Source of the DNA: Chiloscyllium plagiosum
Taxonomy: Eukaryota
DNA: 64,000 nucleotides
Assembly (NCBI RefSeq): GCF_004010195.1
Contig: NW_025215376.1
Location: 62,001-126,000, forward strand
Reading direction: 5' to 3'
Shown: positions 51,936-62,984 of the stretch, piece after piece
Layout of the letters: every line of letters starts with the position of its first letter
Numbering within the stretch: position 1 is the stretch's first letter
Program-made: the position numbers and the translations under genes
Notes under the pieces: generated by a model
The model's input: the letters and a program-made list of their open reading frames with translations, nothing else
What the model was told of the DNA's origin: nothing
Database searches by the model: none

Positions 51936-52977
51936 ACATTAACATAAGACTCATCCCAGAGATCTGGAGTTTTAAAGACATTGATTTCTCTTGACATATG
52001 TTTCTATTTCACAGACGATACTGGGAATCATTATTTTCTTCCAGATGTTTCAAAGAAATAAACTGCACATATCAGAATTTTCCCACAAGAATCATTGCTT
52101 TAGAGGGTTGGGTGTTTTTGTCAGAGGGAAATGGGTCTGGGTGGGTTACTCTTCGGAGGGTCAGTGTGGACTGGTTGGGCAGAAAGGCCTTTTTCCACAC
52201 TGTAGGGAACCTAATCTAATCATGACAGGAAAAAACGTCTTGACATATTCTCACATCTCACTCAAGCATATTGGACACATAAAGCCGAAATAATTCTGTT
52301 TAAGTGCTACCAGTTGAAACATAGCAATGCGCATATTATCATCTGAATTATATTGATGGAGTGTCAACGGACTCTCTTGTTAGAGGGACATGACTGGTGG
52401 TGGTTTTAACCTGAGGGTTGCCAGGGTTCAGGCAATAGATAAGACAGGGGAGAGGATTTGCATCATAACATTTTGGTGAAATTGAACTTGTGCGTTTTTA
52501 CTCAGAATTGCCTCTACACATCTAGGTTACCATGTGTGCTAACCGCTCAAAGACAATTACATTATTAAGAGAAAAATAATGTTCACCATTGAGTTGGCTT
52601 TGAACATAAGCAGAGGCTACCCTTTACTTTGGCTGAATCTTTCGAAAGCTAGGGCGAACACCAGGATAAACTTTGCAGAGGATAGAATTTTGTAAAAAAT
52701 GCTTTATTGGTTACATTTAATATTGTTTCATCGACAACGCATACTTACTGATTTTAATTATTCCTAACAAGGGATTTGCTTCCCCTTCCCCCTTCCAAGG
52801 ATTGCCAGTGTGGGACAACTCAATCAGAAGCATATGATGAAAAGAACTGATACATACATTTTTGAAATTGAGTGGTACTGATATCATGGAATGGTCGATT
52901 GAATGGTGTTCCTGAGCGTTTTCCAACACCACCCAATGATTCTGTGGTTGCTGAGTAATCGTCACTTCTGACCGAAC

Positions 52978-53048
52978 ATGCTTGAACCACTATCTGGTTT
53001 TGCTGTGTGCAATTTACGAACCAATTCTCTATGCTGTGGGTATGCCAA
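52978..53048 (+). pseudogene. Orphan inverted degenerate copy of GPCR exon 1 (ATG kept, +1 frameshift)
   Basis: ATG CTT GAA CCA CTA TCT GGT, a 1-nt insertion, then ...GCA ATT TAC GAA CCA ATT CTC TAT GCT GTG GGT ATG CCA A|gcaatt. 71 nt. Confidence 0.82.
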
Positions 53049-53269
53049 GCAATTTCCCACCTTGAGAGTCATGTAACATTGTGAGCTACTGTATGTTCGC
53101 CTGCCGTTTAGTTCACGTAAGAAAATGGGCTCGCCAAATCCTCACAAAATGTCTAATAACTATTAAAGATGAACGGAGCACCATTTTATGTTAATTATTC
53201 AATGTGATTTCTCAAGATGTTGCCTTTCTCTGCTTCAGTGAAAGACATTTTATCCATTGCTTTACAATG

Positions 53270-53584
53270 GTGGGCGGCACGGTGGCACAGTGGTTAGCAC
53301 TGCTGCCTCGCAGCGCCAGAGACCCGGGTTCAATTCCCGCCTCAGGCGACTGACTGTGTGGAGTTTGCACGTTCTCCCCGTGTCTGCGTGGGTTTCCTCC
53401 GGGTGCTCCGGTTTCCTCCCACAGTCCAAAGATGTGCAGGTTAGGTGAATTGGCCATGCTAAATTGCCCGTAGTGTTAGGTAAGGGGTAAATGTAGGGGT
53501 AGGGGTGGGTTACGCTTCGGCGGGTCGGTGTGGACTTGTTGGGCCGAAGGGCCTGTTTCCACACTGTAAAGTAATCTAAATCTA
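53270..53584 (+). mobile_element. HE1-type SINE (young-looking)
   Basis: Full length and close to consensus. Confidence 0.93.
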
Positions 53585-53855
53585 AAAAAAAAGGTCTGAC
53601 GAATAGAAAACAAGCAACTCGGGTGGACACTGTTTTCTTGTAGATTTGAACACAATAATGATCAGTCTTAGTTTGAACTTCCAAACGTTGCTTATTGTGA
53701 TCCATTGACGAGTGTGGGGAGCTGAGGAACATAGTATTCTGGACATTCTGCCCACATTGACGACTGGTAGTGGTCTATCAAAGTACATCACCGTCCTGTT
53801 TTCTATCTTAATGCTTTAACACAGTGGCACCTCTTCAATCAGCCGATTCAGAGCT

Positions 53856-53891
53856 AATCCTGAAGAAGGGCTTATGCCCGAAACGTCGATT
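53856..53891 (+). ncRNA. Minimal type I hammerhead ribozyme motif at the start of a Penelope-derived insertion (53861-53949)
   Basis: aauc-CUGAAGA-A-GGGC uuau GCCC-GAAA-CG-UC/gauu: 4-bp stem I, intact core, 4-bp stem II and a palindromic ACGU in place of stem III. The insertion has a 13-bp TSD tcagagctaatcc. Confidence 0.65.
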
Positions 53892-56358
53892 CTCCTGTTC
53901 CCTGGATGCTGCCTGACCTGCTGCGCTTTTCCAGCAACACATTTTCAGCTCAGAGCTAATCCACCCAAGTAAATACCAAGCGGAACCTCAGTGAGAGAAA
54001 TATCGCGTGGAACAGTTCAGATGTTTGTGGCCATTCCAGAATGGTAAACGTGGCCTGTTTCAGAGCTCCCTGACTCTAACTAACCAAGCTGATTTCTGAC
54101 TATCATTCAGCTAATCATAAGAGTTAAGAGGCACAGTACGCCAGTCGGCCCGTCAACCTGTGCCTACCATTTAATGAGACCATAGATTTCATTTCATTAT
54201 AGATTCAATCCACATTATTATTATGTCTCCCCCTTAAGGACTACGTAGATTTAAAAAAAAGTATCTCACTCAACTTTGAATTGATTCGATGACCAATTTG
54301 TCACGTTTTGCACGAGACTAGTGCTCCAACGAAGAATTAACGTCGGGTAGAAAAACAGCCTTCTAATTCCACCTTAATAGCTGACCACTCCTTTTGAAAT
54401 TCCGAGCTTTATATACAGGCTCGCCCACGTAACATCCCTGATAATTATTCTGTCATATGCTGTTACAGCAGCAGAATTTAACAAGCTCTCCTGTGCCATT
54501 TCAGACGAGTGTGCATTGTCTTTATTGATGATGTTCATAAAATACGAAACTGATGGAAGAAAATATTAATTGGGTTCCCCCCACCCCCCTTAATCATGCC
54601 ATGCATGATCTTTGAACTCTAACTCGATAGTCTACACTATTTCTTCCCGTGCCTGCACACCACTGCATTAGCTCACCTCAAAGTCTAACGCAATCAGTGG
54701 AAAACCATTGACAGTTTATTGGGACAGGTTGAATTCCAAATAATCACATTAATCAGAGTGCAGAAAGCTGCCAGTTCATTCTTAACTTTTCGACGTGGCA
54801 TCGCGAGGCTATGTTCCCTGCAGATCTCATCTGGATTCCTCGCGTTTCTCTATTTTCTTCAGAGAACTTCACTAAGATTAATCCAAGTGTGAACTCAGGG
54901 ATTTGGACTTTTCAAGACGTTAATTTCCCTCAGCACTTTTCTTTCTACTTTATTATCGATAGTGGAAATTATTATTTTCTTCAAGGCATGTCAAAGAAAT
55001 AAACCTGCACATTGCATAACTTTCCCACAATACTCGCCTTTTTTTGCAGTGACCTGTGTAATTATTGAAACAGTATCTTCACATATTCTAACATGTCACT
55101 CAAGCGTATTAGACAAAACAAGACTAAACAATTCTACGCATGTTTTACCAGTTGAAATAGAGCAAGGCGAATGCTATCTTCCGAATTCGGTTATTATATT
55201 TATTGAGTAATGGCGGACTCACTTATTAGAGCGACATGACTGGAGGTGAGTTGAACCAGAGATTCTTCAGGGGTCAGGCAATGGACAAGCGGACATTCAT
55301 CATGACAGTTTCACTTCTTGACACAGTACAGGCCCTTCGGTCTTCCGATGTTGTGTGACCTTTCAACCTACTGTAAAATCAAACTACATGCCTTCCATTT
55401 TGCTATCATCCATATCCTATCCAAGTGTCTCTTAAATATCCCTAATCTAGCTGACTGTTTCGAGTTTTTGATTAGGTTTCCGACAGTATGGGAAACAGGC
55501 CCTCCAGCTCAACAACTCCACCCTGACTAATGCACCTAACACTCTGGACAACTTAGCAAGGCCAATTCACCGGACCTGCACATCTCTGGATAACGAGAGG
55601 CCAGAGAAAGTATATTCCTGTCAGGGTGAAAGGAAAGGCTGGTAGGTATAGGGAATGCTGGATGACTAAAGAAATTGGGCGTTTAGTTAAGAAAACGAAG
55701 GAAGCATATGTCAGGTATAGACAGGATAGATCGAGTGAATCCTTAGAAGAGTATAAAGACAGTAGGAATACACTTTAGCGAGAAATCAGGAAGGCAAAAA
55801 GGGGACATGAAATAGCTTTGACCAATGGAGTTAAGGAGAATCCAAAGGGCTTTTACAAATACATTAAAGACAAAATGGTAACGAGGGAGAGAATAGGGCC
55901 CCTCAAAGATCAGCAAGGCGGCTTTTGTGTGAAGCCGCAGGAGATGGGGCAGATATAAAATGAATATTTAGCATCAGAATTTACTGCAGAAAAGGACATG
56001 GAAGATATAGAATATAGGGAAATAGATAGTGGCATCGTGAAAAATGCCCATATTACAGAGGAGGAAGTGCTGGATATCTTAAAGCACATAAAAGTGGATA
56101 AATCCACAGGACCTGATCAGATGTACACTAAAACTGTGTGGGAAGCGAGGGAAGTGATTGCTGGGCCTCTTAGTGAGATATTTGTATCACTGATAGTCAC
56201 AGGTGAGGTACCGGAGGACTGGAGGTTGGCTAATATCGTGTCACTGTTTAAGAAGGGTGGTAAGGAAAAGCGAGGGAACTATCGACCAGTGAGCTTGACG
56301 TCGGTGATGGGCAAGTTGTTGGAGGGAATCCTGAGGGAAGTATGTAAACGTATTTGGA

Positions 56359-56620
56359 AAGGCAAGGACTGATTAGGGACAGTCAACATGGCTTTATGCG
56401 TGGGAAATCATGTCGCAAACTTGGTTGAGTTTTTTGAAGAAGTAACAAAGAGGATTGATGAGGGCAGAGTGGAAGATGTGATCTATATGAAGGCAAGGTA
56501 TGATTAGGGATTGTCAACATGGCTTTATGCGTGGGAAATCATGTCGCAAACTTGGTTGAGTTTTTTGAAGAAGTAACAAAGAAGATTGATGAGGGCAGAG
56601 TGGAAGATGTGATGTATATG
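56359..56620 (+). repeat. 131-bp tandem duplication
   Basis: aaggcaagg...gatgtgat(c/g)tatatg occurs twice. Confidence 0.92.
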
Positions 56621-56749
56621 GACTTCAGTAAGGCGTTCGACAGGGTTCCCCATGGGAGGCTGGTGAGCAAGGTTAGATCTCATGGAATAAAGGAAGATCT
56701 CGCCATTTGGATACAGAACCGGCTCAAAGGTGGAAGACAGAGGTTGGTG

Positions 56750-57009
56750 GTGGAGGGTTGTTTTTCAGACTGGAGGCCCGTGACCAGTGGAGTGCCAGAA
56801 GAATCGGTGCTGGGTCCACTACTTCTCATAATTTATATAAATGATGTGGATGTGAGCATAAGAGGTATAGTTAGTAAGTGTGGAGGGTTGTTTTTCAGAC
56901 TGGAGGCCTGTGACCAGTGGAGCGCCAGAAGAATCGGTGCTGGGTCCACTACTTCTCATAATTTATATAAATGATGTGGATGTGAGCATAAGAGGTATAG
57001 TTAGTAAGT
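56750..57009 (+). repeat. 130-bp tandem duplication
   Basis: gtggagggttgtttttcagac...ttagtaagt occurs twice. Confidence 0.92.
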
Positions 57010-57939
57010 TTGCTGATGACACCGAAATTTGAGGTGTAGTGGACAGCGAAGACGGTTATCTCAGATTACAATGGGATCTGGATCAGATTGGCCAATGGGC
57101 TGAGAAGTGGCAGATGGAGTTTAATTTAGATAAATGAGAGATGCTGCATTTCGGGAAAGCAAATCTTAGCAGGACTTATACACTTAATGGTAAGGTCCTG
57201 GGGAGTGTTGCTGAACAAAGAGACCTTGGAGTGCAGGTTCATAGCTCCTTCAAAGTGGAGTCACAGGTAGATAGGATAATGAAGAAGGCGTTTGGTATGC
57301 TTTCCTTTATTGGTTAGAGTGTTAAGTATAGGAGTTGGGAGGTCATGTTGCGGCTGTAAAGGCATTGCTTCAGCCACTGTTGGAATATTGTGTGCAGTTC
57401 TGGTCTCCTTCCAGTCGGAAAGATGTTGTGAAAGTTGAAAGGGTTCAGAAAAGATTTACAAGGATGTTGCCAGGGTTGGATGATTTGAGTTATAGGGAGA
57501 GGTTGAATAGGCTAGGAGCGTTTTCCCTGGAGCGTTGGAGGCCGAGGGGTGACCTTATGGAGGTTTATAATATTATGAGGGGCATAGATAGGGTAAATAG
57601 CCAAAGTCTTTTCCTTGGAGTGGGCGAGTCCAGAACTAGAGGGCGTAGATTTAGGGTGAGAAGGGAAAAATATAAAAGAGACCTACGGGGCAGGTTTTTC
57701 ACGCAGAGGGTGGCATGTGTGTGGAATGAGCTGCCAGAGGAAGTGATGGAGGCTGGTACAATTACAGCATTTAAAAGGCATCTGGATGGGTATAGGAATA
57801 GGAAGGGGTGGAGGGATATAGGCCAGGTGCTGGCAGTGAGACTTGATTGGGTTGGGATATCTGGTCGGCATGGATATGTTGCACTGAAAGGGTCTGTTTC
57901 CATGTTGTACATCTCTATGACTATGAATCTATCTTGTAC

Positions 57940-59060
57940 ATGGTGTTTACTGCTGCTACTGTGCGTCGGTGGTGGCGTCAGTGGGTATTTATGGATTTTG
58001 GCCAAATCAAGTGGCCTGCTTTGTCCTGGATGGTGCCAAGCATCTTGAGTATTGGTGGAGCTCCACAAATCCAGCTATTTGTGGAGTATTGAATCACACT
58101 TCTGACTTTTGCTTTGTAGATGGTGGACAGGCTGCATGGAGTCAAGAGGTGCATTACTCGTTGCAGTATTCCTTGATTCTGACTTATTTTTGTTGAAACT
58201 GTGCTTATGTCACGAGTCCAATTGGGTTTCTGCTCAATGACACCCCAAGGCCGTTGATATCACGAACTGGAGATGCTAGCATTTGTATGGTATAAATATT
58301 GATTGTCTGTTGTGTGCTCAAGCCTCGACATTGTCTAGACCTTTTGCATTTAAACCTGCAGTGCTCCTGTACCTGACGAGTCTTGAATGGTTCCGAACAT
58401 TCTGCAATCATTGGCAATCATGTCCAATTCTTACCTTATGTTGCAGTGAAGGTCATTAATGAATCACCATAAGATGAATTAGCCTCTGACAGTACCCCGA
58501 GAAATGCTGGCAGAGATGTCATAATACTGAGATGATGGATCTCTAACACTACAACTCTCTTTGCATTTGCAAGATATGACTCCAACCAGTGGAGAATACC
58601 AAATTATTGCAGTTTAGTTGGGGTTTCCTTGATGTACATTTGATGGAATGCAACTTTCGTGCCCATTGCAGTCCCTCTCAGCTCACAGCTTTACTTCATC
58701 TCTTTTGTCCACCTTTGATCCAAGGTTGTGATGACGTCAGGCACTGAGTGGCCCTGGCAGCACCAAAACTGAGCATCACCTGAACACGTTATTGCTGGAT
58801 CAGTGGTGCTGGAAGAGCACAGCAGTTCAGGCAGCATCCGAGGAGCAGTACAGGTGATGAAGGGCGTTTGCCCGAAACGTCGATTTTGCCTGTCCTCGGA
58901 TGCTGCCTGAACTGCTGTGCTCTTCCAGCACCACTGATCCAGAATCTGGTTTCCAGCATCTGCAGTCATTGTTTTTAACCTACGTTATTGCTGAGCAGGT
59001 ACTGCTTCGATAGTACTATTGATGATATCTTCTATTATGGTATGCCTCATAACTCTACCA
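57940..59060 (-). mobile_element. Decayed non-LTR RT remnant of a second family (RTE/RTEX-like, tentative)
   Basis: Related segments occur at ~39340-39830, ~41355-41770, ~26540-26770 and ~34960-35200. The family was assigned from memory of similar shark repeats. Confidence 0.45.
58798..58981. mobile_element. Penelope-derived mini-element with a perfect 50-bp inverted repeat
   Basis: Arms 58795-58844 and 58893-58942. The loop holds gUGAUGAAGGGCguuuGCCCGAAACGUC. 12-bp TSD acgttattgctg. Confidence 0.72.
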
Positions 59061-59116
59061 ATGGAACGATTGTAACCCAACACTATTTCTGAACATTCAA
59101 TTCTCACTATCAATTT

Positions 59117-59430
59117 GGGGTGGCCTGGTGGATCAGTGGTTAGCCCTGCTGCCTCACAGTGGCTGGGACCGCCATTCAATTCCAGCCTCAGGTGATTGTC
59201 CATGTGGAGTTGGCATATTCTCCTGGTGTCTGCATGGATTTCTTCCCACAGTCTGCAGACGTGCAGCTAGAGGTGGATTGGCCATGCTAAATTGCCCGTA
59301 GTGTTCAAAAACGCTGTAGGTCAGGTGGATTAGCCATAAGGAAATGTGGAGTTTTGGGAAGGGGGGAGGCTGGTTGGGATGCTCTTTACTGAGTTGGTGT
59401 GGACTTGTTGGCCCGAATGACCTGTTTCCA
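59117..59430 (+). mobile_element. Old HE1-related SINE
   Basis: Diverged copy of the same layout. Confidence 0.7.
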
Positions 59431-59671
59431 AACCTCAAGGTTTATAAGATTAGTTCTAGAATTATTGTGATTTCAGTGTGTATTCATTGACAACTTAGAC
59501 CATATCGTGACAATAGTTCAAAGCAGGAAAGCTATGAAACTGCTTAGTCTTGTAGAGCACAGGAGTGCTCATAGAACTTGGTTGAATAAATTGAAAGCAT
59601 TATCAGTGACAAAGAAATGCATGAGGTGATTGGCAAAGAAGGCTAGCTGTGCCAGACTTCATTGCCTTTTT

Positions 59672-59677
59672 TTTATT
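59672..59677 (-). terminator. Putative polyadenylation signal of paralogue 3
   Basis: AATAAA about 90 nt after the stop codon, followed by the conserved CAATGAA. Confidence 0.6.
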
Positions 59678-59768
59678 GTATACTTGGATTGGAAGTCCAG
59701 AATGAATTCCCCATATATTTCATGTGAAGAAGAACAACATGCAGAGTAACCTCACGAAATTTGCTCGT

Positions 59769-60673
59769 TTACCTACAGAAAATCATAACAATATGATTTA
59801 TTGGATACTTCACTATTTTCATCAGCTCATCTCTGAATTTAGTCTGGGTCACTGCATAAATAAATGTGTTTGCGCAGCAGCTCAAAATTGCAAGCATGTA
59901 TCCAGATTCCTGAAGGATATAGACTGGGTCATTGTAACCCGTGTAAGAATAAGCATGAACAGTTCTATAATATAGGTAATGGATTGTAAATGTCAGCCAT
60001 AATAATAGGAAATTGCCAGATATACTGAAGAGTAAAATTATGGACTTCCTTCTGTTCTCCATCTCTGGATCACGATTATTTTCAGATCTTGATTGAATAC
60101 AAAGTGCCTTATGAGCCTTGCTAACTAATATTATGAATCTCACTGTGAGAGCATTAAGCATCAAAACAACTAGAAATGGCAGAAAAGGATTTGCTATGCA
60201 GTTAAAATAAGAAAATGCACGCCACAATGGTGAAGTATAAAAGCTTGATCTTATACGGCAATACCAAGGCAAATTGTTAATTATGTACAAATGTTCAAAT
60301 ATAAAGTAGCACGGAATGTCTTTGAAACAACTTAGGGTGAAGACCATCCCGATTACCACAGCTGCAATTTGCTTTGTGCAATATTTGGCCTTGAGATTCT
60401 GACAACAGATTGCTATGAAACGATCAAAAGTAAATGCAACTGTCAACCACACAGAGCAGTCTATAGTTACATAAACGAGAACACTTTTGATTCTACATAC
60501 CGGAGTCAACAATAGATAATTGCTGGGAAAGTAAATGCCAATGGTCCGATCGAGCATAACGCTTGTGATAACAACTGACAGATCCGCTGCTGCCATAGCC
60601 ATCAAGTAGTAAGTGATACATATAGAAAGACCACACTTTCCCTGAGCCAGGATTGCAATTGCCACCATGTTAA
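59769..60673 (-). CDS. GPR139/GPR142-like GPCR, paralogue 3, coding exon 2
   Basis: Open frame collinear with paralogues 1 and 2. Acceptor atcccaacag|TT AAC ATG. 905 nt. Confidence 0.93.
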
Positions 60674-62463
60674 CTGTTGGGATAATGTAAACAGACAAGA
60701 ACTTGATTGGTTAGACATCATGAGAGAACAGTTTCTTCCACTCATTTCAGAACACTTGATAATGCATTTCTTAAAGAATCCATATTGTTTCCCAAAGGCA
60801 ATTGATATAGGTTCTCAAATGCCTGGTTTATTTGAACATGCAGTACATGGCTGCAGTTTAGCATTAATACTGATTTAAACATCTATGGACAACTTCCAGT
60901 TTGTGAGAGACCAATAGAGACAGAGTCAATTATTTTGTTTTTACTGTGACCAAAGCCCATAAATATCACCTAAGAACAGTGAATACCCCATGAAAGCATA
61001 ATCTTTCTGATCAATTGTATCAACTCACTGAACTAATTTTTGTTTCTTTTATTCATACATTGCTCAGTTATTGTTCAATATCCATAGTCAATTGTAAACC
61101 AACGAAGATTGTAGATAGTAAGTTTCATTGCAAAATGGTCATTCTAGAGCTAGAAAGATGTCAGTGCTAAAAATGAGGTGAATGGTTCATTCCAGAATTT
61201 TATTGAGTTACAGATTGATCAACTGTTTTGTTGAGGCATGAATACTCATTCACAAAACACTGACTGGCATTTTGGATGACTCATTTAGGGATATCATAGT
61301 GTGGCAACTCCTGCTCACCAGCTTTCCCTCAGCATTTTTGCAGAGAACAGGAATCAGAGGACTGAATTAAAGCAGTAGTTCAGAAGTTGAAGATCTGAAG
61401 TGAAAGTTGAAAAATATTATTTATGAACTTGGATTAAATCGTTAAATTATATTTTTCCAATATTAATTACATTTTACAAAACTCATACATATAAGCATTA
61501 TCAGCAATTAGATAAGTCTCAAGACCATCTTTTTAACATTGATGGTAACAATTCCCAATGATAAGGAACACCTACATCAGAAACACGACGAAGTGGAGAA
61601 AAAGTTGATCTTGTCTGGATTTTTTTAATGATCCTATTCAGATAACGTTTCAAACTACTAACATGGGAACTAAATGCTTCTAGTTTAAAGATAGGAAACT
61701 CGATCACTTGCCATGTGTTTCATGACAAGTCGTTGTTTTATAAGCGCACTAAATATAGCACCCCCTTTTGCAGGAAGGCAGATAAGCAGGGTAGCAAAAC
61801 AACGAGACAAAGAAAAAGATAACAAACAAGTGATGTAATGCATAGGAATAAAATAGAGAAAGGTCGATGAGCTACCTGCATTCATTCAAAGAATTTTGTG
61901 ACATGACATTAGAAAATGAAAGATAAACTTGATTGATATATAAAACTAATGAGCCAATGCTTAAATCGTGCAGGACAAATATACAATAAATACAATATTA
62001 TTTTGCATTGTTTAAAATGTTATTTACATGGAGAACCACTGAGAGGTTTAGAGTGAAAATCAGGACAGCAGTACAACTTGGATAGTCCACAATTGCTGAT
62101 CTGCTTGAGCAAAATATTCAGTGTGAAATACTCCTCACCGCCCTACAATATGACACTGGAGCATAAACACATCAACGTTCCAATGTACAACTAAATACTA
62201 TTCACCGAGTCACTGTTTCTTTTGGATTGAAATTCGCCCTATTGAGGATAGTTGGAAAACAAATTGCTGAAATAGAAAGTGACAACATTTCAAGACCATA
62301 TATGAAATAAATGACATGAATTATATTTATTTGCCACTGAATCGTGACTTCCCCACTGTATGTGATGATTTTTCAAGCCCGTTACGTCTGCTGAATTAAA
62401 GAACAGATGTTCAGCAAGTAGAGTACCTCACAGTTTTACACTACTCTCAAGATTACAAATTAC

Positions 62464-62533
62464 CTGGAATGCCCACAGCAGTAAGAATCGGATAGTAAAT
62501 TGCATACATCAGACCGGATGGTGGTTCGTGCAT
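62464..62533 (-). CDS. GPCR paralogue 3, coding exon 1 (MHEPPSGLMYAIYYPILTAVGIP)
   Basis: 70 nt, ATG to CCA G|gtaatt. Intron 60674-62463 (1790 nt). Confidence 0.9.
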
Positions 62534-62984
62534 GTTTGGTCAGAAGTGATAATCTGTCAGCAACTACAAAACAATAGGATGGTGTCATCCAGATTTCCAG
62601 TAGGAAACTCCTAAGGGACCATGGTCCACAAAGTCTTTTCTGAAGTCAATCCCATTTATGTAAATAGTTGTTGAGCACCTTGCTTTTATCCTTTCCACGC
62701 AACTGAGCTGATGCATCTCAATCAAGCAAAAACAAGAGAAACCAAAAACAAAACTCTCATTAGTAATGGTTCACCTAAATAATTTCACACTGTAGAATAA
62801 ATAACATTAAAGTTTCCAAAGTAAGTCATCAAAACAATGGTCTTTTCCCCTCTAAAGTTTATAAGGTTAAGGAATGCTACCCTCTTGACAATGACACCTG
62901 GGAGTTGAATATGATTTTTCTGTGATTAGTATGGTAACTTTTGATCAGTTAGCTCAGTTTGCTGCATAGCCAGTTCATGGTAAT

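Larger units (their letters stand above)
55600..57925 (+). mobile_element. CR1/HER1 ORF2 (RT) and 3' UTR with two internal tandem duplications
   Basis: GNYRPVSLTS, DFSKAFDRVPH, YCVQFWSP and a (ctatga)n tail. Confidence 0.93.

Noticed and set aside
11813..53048. Protocadherin-like variable-first-exon or recombination-based diversification system
   Set aside because: The extra first exons have lost their ATG or frame and the GT donor, two are on the strand with no exon 2, exon 1 encodes little of the pocket, and I saw no RSS-like signals. Ordinary duplication and decay explains the pattern.
53262..53732. Recurrent short ORFs with WPIHLTCTSLDCGRKPEH or VSTAASQRQRPG
   Set aside because: Translations of HE1-type SINE copies in various frames.
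57335..58068. 237-aa and 167-aa overlapping ORFs
   Set aside because: CR1 ORF2 C-terminus and its antisense frame, in a copy with upstream stops.
61519..61885. Two short minus-strand ORFs in the paralogue 3 intron (possible viral or extra exon) and a weak CTCF-like tagcacccccttttgcagg
   Set aside because: No recognisable motifs, the region aligns loosely with non-coding intron sequence of other cassettes, and the CTCF match is partial and not repeated.
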